Part shown: one piece after another, positions 50,127 through 64,000 of the stretch
Position numbering within the stretch: position 1 is the stretch's first letter
Layout: the number at the start of each line of letters is the position of its first letter
Assembly (NCBI GenBank): GCA_039621445.1
Contig: CP154954.1
Span: 49,269,847 to 49,333,846 of the forward strand
Source of the DNA: Euglena gracilis
Lineage: Eukaryota
Reading direction: 5' to 3'
DNA length: 64,000 nt
The notes under the pieces: generated by a model
What the model was told of the DNA's origin: nothing
Databases searched by the model: none
The model's input: only the letters and a program-made list of their open reading frames with translations
Position numbers and translations under genes: made by a program

Positions 50127-53100
50127 GCAGACACATACGCACGCACACACGCATGCACGCACGCAGACATGCGCGAGCGCGCACAAACACACACACCTAC
50201 ACACACGTGTAGGGGTTTGGCCGAGGGGAGAGGCGCCCCTGCCACCGGCTGTGGGGCTGCATCAATGATGCCCGCCACGTGGCTGACATGCTCTGCCAGC
50301 AGTACAACTTCTCCCCGGATGCCGTCCGGGTCCTGGCCGGGGCCCCTCGCTGATACACATCGTCCCACGCAGGCATTGGGTCTGGGGCTGTGCCTCTCTC
50401 CCGGTGGTTCACGCCCTGCCATGCTGCAGTCCGGGATGGTGTTGCGTCGCCTGGCAGGCCGGAGGGGGGCGAACATGACAGCAGCAACATGGGCCGCCCA
50501 ACATGTTGTAGGTCGACGCGGTTGATGTTGATGGTATAGATGCTGTAGAGGGTGGGGTGGGGAAGCCCACGCCTGCAATTTCAAGCATCACATGTCATGA
50601 CTGAAAAATTGCACAGAAATACCCCTCCCAAAAACGTGTCAGAAAAATTCGGAAGAGTTCAATAGAAGAGGGTGGGCAGGCACGACATTGGCTCAAATCA
50701 GTGAACGGTCGAAGCGTCGAACAGTGAAGCACCACACCATGTGCCCAGGGCACAATGTCACCCCCGCAAATGACACCCTCCACGCTGTCCCACGGGCCCC
50801 AGGCCGTCGAGGGTTCCGAACCGACGGACGATGCAGAGGAACGGGCGGTCCCCACCGCCGCCAACCTCCGCCTCGCGCTGCAGGCGCTGATGGCGGGCGT
50901 CGAGGCGGGCGACACGGTGGTGTTCCACTTCAGCGGGCACGGGTCACAGGTGTGTCACCCCCCAACGTGCCAGGTTGTGCCGAAGCGTCCTCCAGCAGGC
51001 CATGCCACTGGCTGACTGGGTAGCCTGTCACTCGTTGGCGGGATGTCGTTGTTGTTACTGTCACTCATTCGCTAAGCCAACGTTGCAACGTTTCTCATGT
51101 TGCATAATTCTGCAAAGGTTTTGTCTGGCTGAGGAATGCTATTTGTCTTCTTTTGGGAAGCCTTGCACCCGTCGGAGATGAATATTGGCTGCTATCATGC
51201 CCCCCCCCCCTAGTTGAGGACAAATATCATTATAAATTTGACTGGGGGTCGGCAGGATGCATTCCAAAGAACAAGTGAAGTTTTCAATGCCAGATTTGCA
51301 CATTCCAGACAAAGAAGTAACAAAAAAGAATTCTATTTTGGGCGTATATCACATCATACACCACGGTATTGTCTGTGATGGCATGTTTCCAAATGATGTG
51401 GATGTGACCCCGCCTCCAGTGTCCAAAACCTGACAAATTCCAACAACACACCCAAACCCCAGAATGTCTCCACGTGCTTCGCCGCAACCTCCCACTTGTG
51501 CACGTGACCTCTCATCCCCCCGCAGGTGATCCAGGCGGACGCCGCCACGCAGGAGGATTGCCTCCACGACTGCCTCTGTCCGGCGGACATGGACTGGGCC
51601 GGCAACGCCCTGACGGACGAGGAGCTCGACCGCGCCCTCGTGCACGACTGCCCCCCGGGGGTGCGGGTGACGTGCGTCCTAGACTGTGGCCACACCCCCA
51701 GCGGTTCCCCAGCTGCTGGTGTGCCAAGCAATGGGAAAGGGGATGGGCATCACCACCCGAGTCGCTGATTGGCATCTTCTGGCGGGTTTGGGGAGTCTGT
51801 GCCCATATTTTGAGGAAAAGGGGTTAGGATCGGCGCGCTGAAAATTGGCCAGTTTTGGGTCAACAGTTAGGCCAGAAGTATGGTCCCCGTTTCGGAAGAC
51901 TTTTTGTGAATCCCTTTTCCTAAGAATTGCTGTATATATGTATTGTATGTGTACATGTGTTATACATGTACTGTAAATGTATGTGTACATATGTATGTGT
52001 GTGTGTATATGTATGTGTGATAGGTGTGTGTGTGTGTGTGTGTGTGTATCATGAATATATGGGTCATGAGGGAGTGGCTTTCCTTCAGTATCCTGGGCCA
52101 TTGTGTCTACACCTAAAAATTGTTGGAGGATGCTCACGAATATCCACTGACGTTTTTTTTTTTAACCTTGCATGCAACAGAAAATTCAAAATCGGCAATT
52201 CAGAAAAACCCACGAGAGGTTCTCTTAAGCTGGATGGGGCGCAACCCCCAAGGGGGGGGGGGTCCAGCCAGCACCTCCCAGCCGGGTTTCGGACCCCCCC
52301 ACCGAGTGTTCTCTGGAAAAAAAAAGTTGGTAAATAAAGCTGGGTTCAGCCTGGCGAAGCTGGGTGGACCGAAAATTTTTTCGGGTGGGGGTCCAGCCAG
52401 CACCTTTTTCCAGCCGGCCCACGGGACCCCCTGGGGGTTTTTAAGAAATACCCTGCCCCCCCCCCCCACATACCATCAGATTGGGAGGCACTCCACACTC
52501 CAAACGCTCTCACTCGTCGCTCAGGTGTGGCACGGGCCGCTTGCCCGCTTAAGGAGTGCCACACCGCGGCCCGGTACCTGCCGCCTCCCCCCTCGATCCT
52601 GGATCGCCTGGCGACCGTCGCTCCGCAACAACCGCCGCGCCGGCGCTCCAAGCCAGACCGTAGTCAAGAGGCGAAGGTGGTCACGCTGTTGACGGGCTGT
52701 CAGGTGTGACCTGTGCCGCCGCCGGTGGCCGTCACGTCACGTCACGTCACGTCACGTCACGTCACGTCACGGCGTATTCGGTACGCGTTGTCCCACAGGA
52801 GCACCAGGCGGCTCAGGACACCGTCCTGGACGGGGCCAGCCAAGGAGCTTTGACGTGGGCGATGCTAAAGGTGTTGGTGAAGAGCCGTAGACGGCCCTCC
52901 TTGAGTCCTGTCATGACGCAGTGAAAACAGAAACGCCATCGCATGGATTGCTGCGGTTGCTGTACCAAACCACCTGCAGCTGACACGCCGAAGGTTTTGA
53001 TTCAGGGCTGGGAAGTGGAGTGTTGATGGCTGGCGAGGAAAGGAGCAAGCACCAATATTTATGGAATGGCTGTGAACTGGGCCTGACTTGGGCCTGACTT

Positions 53101-53418
53101 GGGCCTGACTTGGGCCTGACTTGGGCCTGACTTGGGCCTGACTTGGGCGTGACTCGACGTGACTGGGTCTGGGATGCTGGAATACTATGGGTGCTTGGAA
53201 AGAAGGCATGGCATGAGTGTGTTGGCCGCCCTGCAAAGGCCGCCCCGGAAACGGATCGGGTGGGGCCGTCGCCGCAGTACCGCGTCACCGCGGAGGGCCT
53301 CTGCCGCGCGGTGCGGGAGCTGCTCCGCCGGCAGCGGCTGGGCCAGGTCCCCGGCCTGCGGGCCTCCGGCCCCCAGTGCCTCACCGCCCCCTTCATCTCC
53401 GGCCCAGAGGGGCCGTGA
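49914..53418 (+). CDS. Metacaspase (peptidase C14) domain, 7 exons; probably the C-terminus of the EF-hand/C2 gene
   Basis: Exons 49914-49983, 50247-50335, 50803-50949, 51526-51703, 52525-52703, 52799-52886, 53276-53418 give RRALVVGINY...LWGCINDA...PTAANL...FHFSGHGSQ...CLCPADMD...LTDEEL...VLDCGH...RYLPPP...LLTGCQ...QGALTWAML...QVPGL..stop, the metacaspase motifs in canonical order. Confidence 0.9.
52731..52770. repeat. (GTCAC)8 microsatellite
   Basis: Directly visible inside intron 52704-52798. Confidence 0.9.
53046..53197. mobile_element. Mini hAT-like MITE, CAAGCAC family
   Basis: TIR CAAGCACC/GGTGCTTG; TSD GAAAGGAG/GAAAGAAG (7/8); (TTGGGCCTGAC)n array; right end similar to the 2161-2293 element. 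Confidence 0.8.
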
Positions 53419-53824
53419 CCCGTCCCAGCCACCTACCCCGTCCGCTCGCGCCCGTCTTGTCGTGTCGTGCCTCCTTCGCCCCCTGCGTCAGATCAACATT
53501 TACCCACTCCACCTCCCCACCCTTGTACACCTGTACATAAACCCTGTCCCTCCCCGTCGCCCCCAACCCGGGACACTGTTCAATAGGCCGTCCACCAACC
53601 TGCATGTCGCTCGCTTGCCTGCGCTGGGTTGGGATTCACACTTGTGTCCAAGGTTGCTTACTCCCTAGCCCCAAGGTCCGAAGATGGACCTGGAATTCAC
53701 TATTAATTTTTATTCAATTAAAATTGATTTTTCAGTTGATTTTGTTGGTTCAGTTTATGCTTTCGGTATCAGATAGCACGCAAACCCTAAATTTCGGTTT
53801 TGCACATCTGAGGCATGACGTATG

Positions 53825-54654
53825 CAAGCACCTCCAGCGAAAAATCCCGACAACTCCCTGCAAATTCCGACGAACCCTGACAAATCCTGACAAATCCAGA
53901 CAACACTTTTTTGGACCTCTGGAGGTGTTAGTTCCGACAAATCCCGACAAATTCCGACAACAGTGCAATTTTTTTTGGAAGAATAGATTGTTGACAAAAA
54001 GATGGACAAATTTGCCCAAAAGGAATATTATGATGATTGATTCTGGTGTCTGTGTTTATAAAAAAAGAGGTTTTTTTTGTGTCTCCAGAGGTTGTTCGAA
54101 AATGAGACTCCCTAAACAACAATCAAAAACAGCAAAACTCACCCAAAGTGGCCAGAAGTGATTTTGATGGTGACCGAAAGTGACAAAAATAGCCATAGCC
54201 GTGGCCAAAATTTTCAAATGTGGTCGAAAAGTGGGCGATTTTGGCCAAATGTGCTAAAAGCAGTCAAAGGCAGCAAAAAAGTGGTCAAAATTGGCCAAAA
54301 TGGTTTGAAGGTGGCAACCGTGGACAGAATGGGCCAAAACCAGCCAAAAATGGCTCACAGTGTGCAAAAGTGGAAAGAAAAGAGTGTTCCAAAGTCAGAA
54401 AAGTGGCCTAAAAAAAAAAAAAAAAAAGAAGGCCAAGCGTGGGCAAAAGTGCCCAAAAGTGGCCAAAAGCAGTCAAAAGCCTCCAACAGTGGCCAAAAGT
54501 GGCCTGACGTTGGCCAACAGTGGGCAAAAGTGGCAAACGTCGCCAAAAGTCGTCATTTCCTCAGATCAAATACTGCCATAAGCATGTGCCGGGACTCCGA
54601 CATTCAAAACCCGACAAATCCCAACGACATTATTAAAGTGCCTGGAAGTGCTTG
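53825..54654. mobile_element. Non-autonomous hAT-like element, CAAGCAC family
   Basis: TIR CAAGCACCTCCAG/CTGGAAGTGCTTG; TSD GACGTATG/GACATGTG (6/8); AAATCCCGAC-type arrays at both ends. Confidence 0.8.
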
Positions 54655-55699
54655 GACATGTGCAGGAGCCCAGCTGCTCTTCGAGGCTTCACATGATCCC
54701 CCCCAGTGCAGTTCCCACTCCCAAGGTTCGCATTCGCAAGCCCCCCCATTGCAGTTCTCATTTGCAAGTTGCAACAAAACCTTCGAAATTAAGGAGACCC
54801 TGAATGGTGGCGATTTTTTGAACGTGCTTGAAAAGTATTGGTTTTTTTGGATTGATGGATTGATGGATGAAGTCAAAGTGAATTGGATGTTGTGATGTTT
54901 ACTTACCAAAGCAACAGACATCAGACGGCCACTGTTCAAACAGACAGCAGAGCACATCAACGCAATTTGATGTGAATGCAATTTGAAATAGTTGACAATG
55001 AACAGATGAACAGAAAGGTGTTGAAATATGCGTGAACATGACCCCAAAAATGCATTAAAATTGTGGGAATGCACATTGGGAAGGGTGTAAAATGTGCAGA
55101 AGCTACGCCTCAATGTGCAAATTTGTTGCATGAATTCCAAACTGGAACAAAAGGAACAGCATTGCCAAAATATTACTCAATTCCTCGCAGCCCTCCTCAT
55201 GTCAGCCACAAACAGTCCGATGCTTGGCTCTGACAAAGACTCATTCTCTGTGGAGGTGGCGAAGGCCCAGCCTCACAACGCAGCACCCCTAGCCTCTGTC
55301 AGCACCGCCCCCAAAACGCCGAAAAAATTCATGCCCAGGTCTGCAGTTGCGGTCAGATTTCAAGCGAGAATCGCTGAAATGTGCACTTTTTTTCAGTAAT
55401 TATTTATATTTCACCTCTGAAAGACTTTACGCCAATGATTGTGCGATCATTACATGATTGTGCGATGCCCCGAAGCTCCTGTATCTACAAATCAATCCCT
55501 ATTTCCAACTTCCCCCCTCCTATCCCTTCCCACTCCCCCAAAATTTCTACTGGTGAGAATGATGAAGAAACAGAGGACAAAATGTGTCAGAAATCACGCA
55601 CAGTGCTGAGAAACCCCATGAGAGCATTATGGCCGCCAAAAGGAATCCACCAAAAGCCAGAATAAGTTTTGCACCCCACATCCCCCAGGCCTGCCAGCG

Positions 55700-63700
<8,001 letters not shown>

Positions 63701-64000
63701 CAACCAGCGGCCGAGTTGTGGCTTGGAATCTTTTATGTTAAATTTTTTTTTCGGCATGGGGATGAGGGATAATACGGGGGATTGGGGGGAGGGTTGGGCC
63801 TCGAGTTTGTGATTTTTTGAAGGAACAGGGTTGGGGTGCAGTTTTAGTCCAAACTTTACGGCTAATGTTGGCCCCCAAATGAACATCCCCCAAATACAAT
63901 CCCCTCCCCGCCAAACACATAAAAACCCCCCTGGGGGCTTTGTAAGCTAAAGTAACCCCCCCCCCTCTCCGGGGATGTGCCGAAAATCGTGCAGTTTTAG

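Noticed and set aside
51689-52531. GCCACACC/GGTGTGGC inverted repeat as an alternative intron boundary
   Set aside because: The 3+5 register gives an immediate stop, and other registers either shift the frame or delete the conserved His.

Overview
Eukaryotic nuclear DNA, most consistent with a euglenid (Euglena-like) genome. Short GC-rich exons are separated by two intron types: ordinary GT-AG introns, and non-conventional introns whose ends base-pair, typically CAG at +4..+6 with CTG at -8..-6. The single-exon ORF track is therefore mostly spurious. About seven multi-exon genes can be assembled by hand, all on the + strand: a fragmentary Pro-rich gene, a ricin-B-like/TM protein, two paralogous multi-pass membrane proteins, an unknown protein, a Pro-rich/EF-hand/C2/metacaspase (C14) gene with Gly at the usual catalytic-Cys position, and the 5' part of a Cache-like receptor. 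The window is full of non-autonomous TIR elements: hAT-like ones with 8-bp target-site duplications (TSDs) and TA-flanked MITEs. The main observation is that several hAT-like elements are themselves complete introns inside coding sequence, and the 3-nt + 5-nt offsets of the non-conventional splice consensus add up to exactly one 8-bp TSD. Exon boundaries were inferred by eye and need RNA-seq confirmation.
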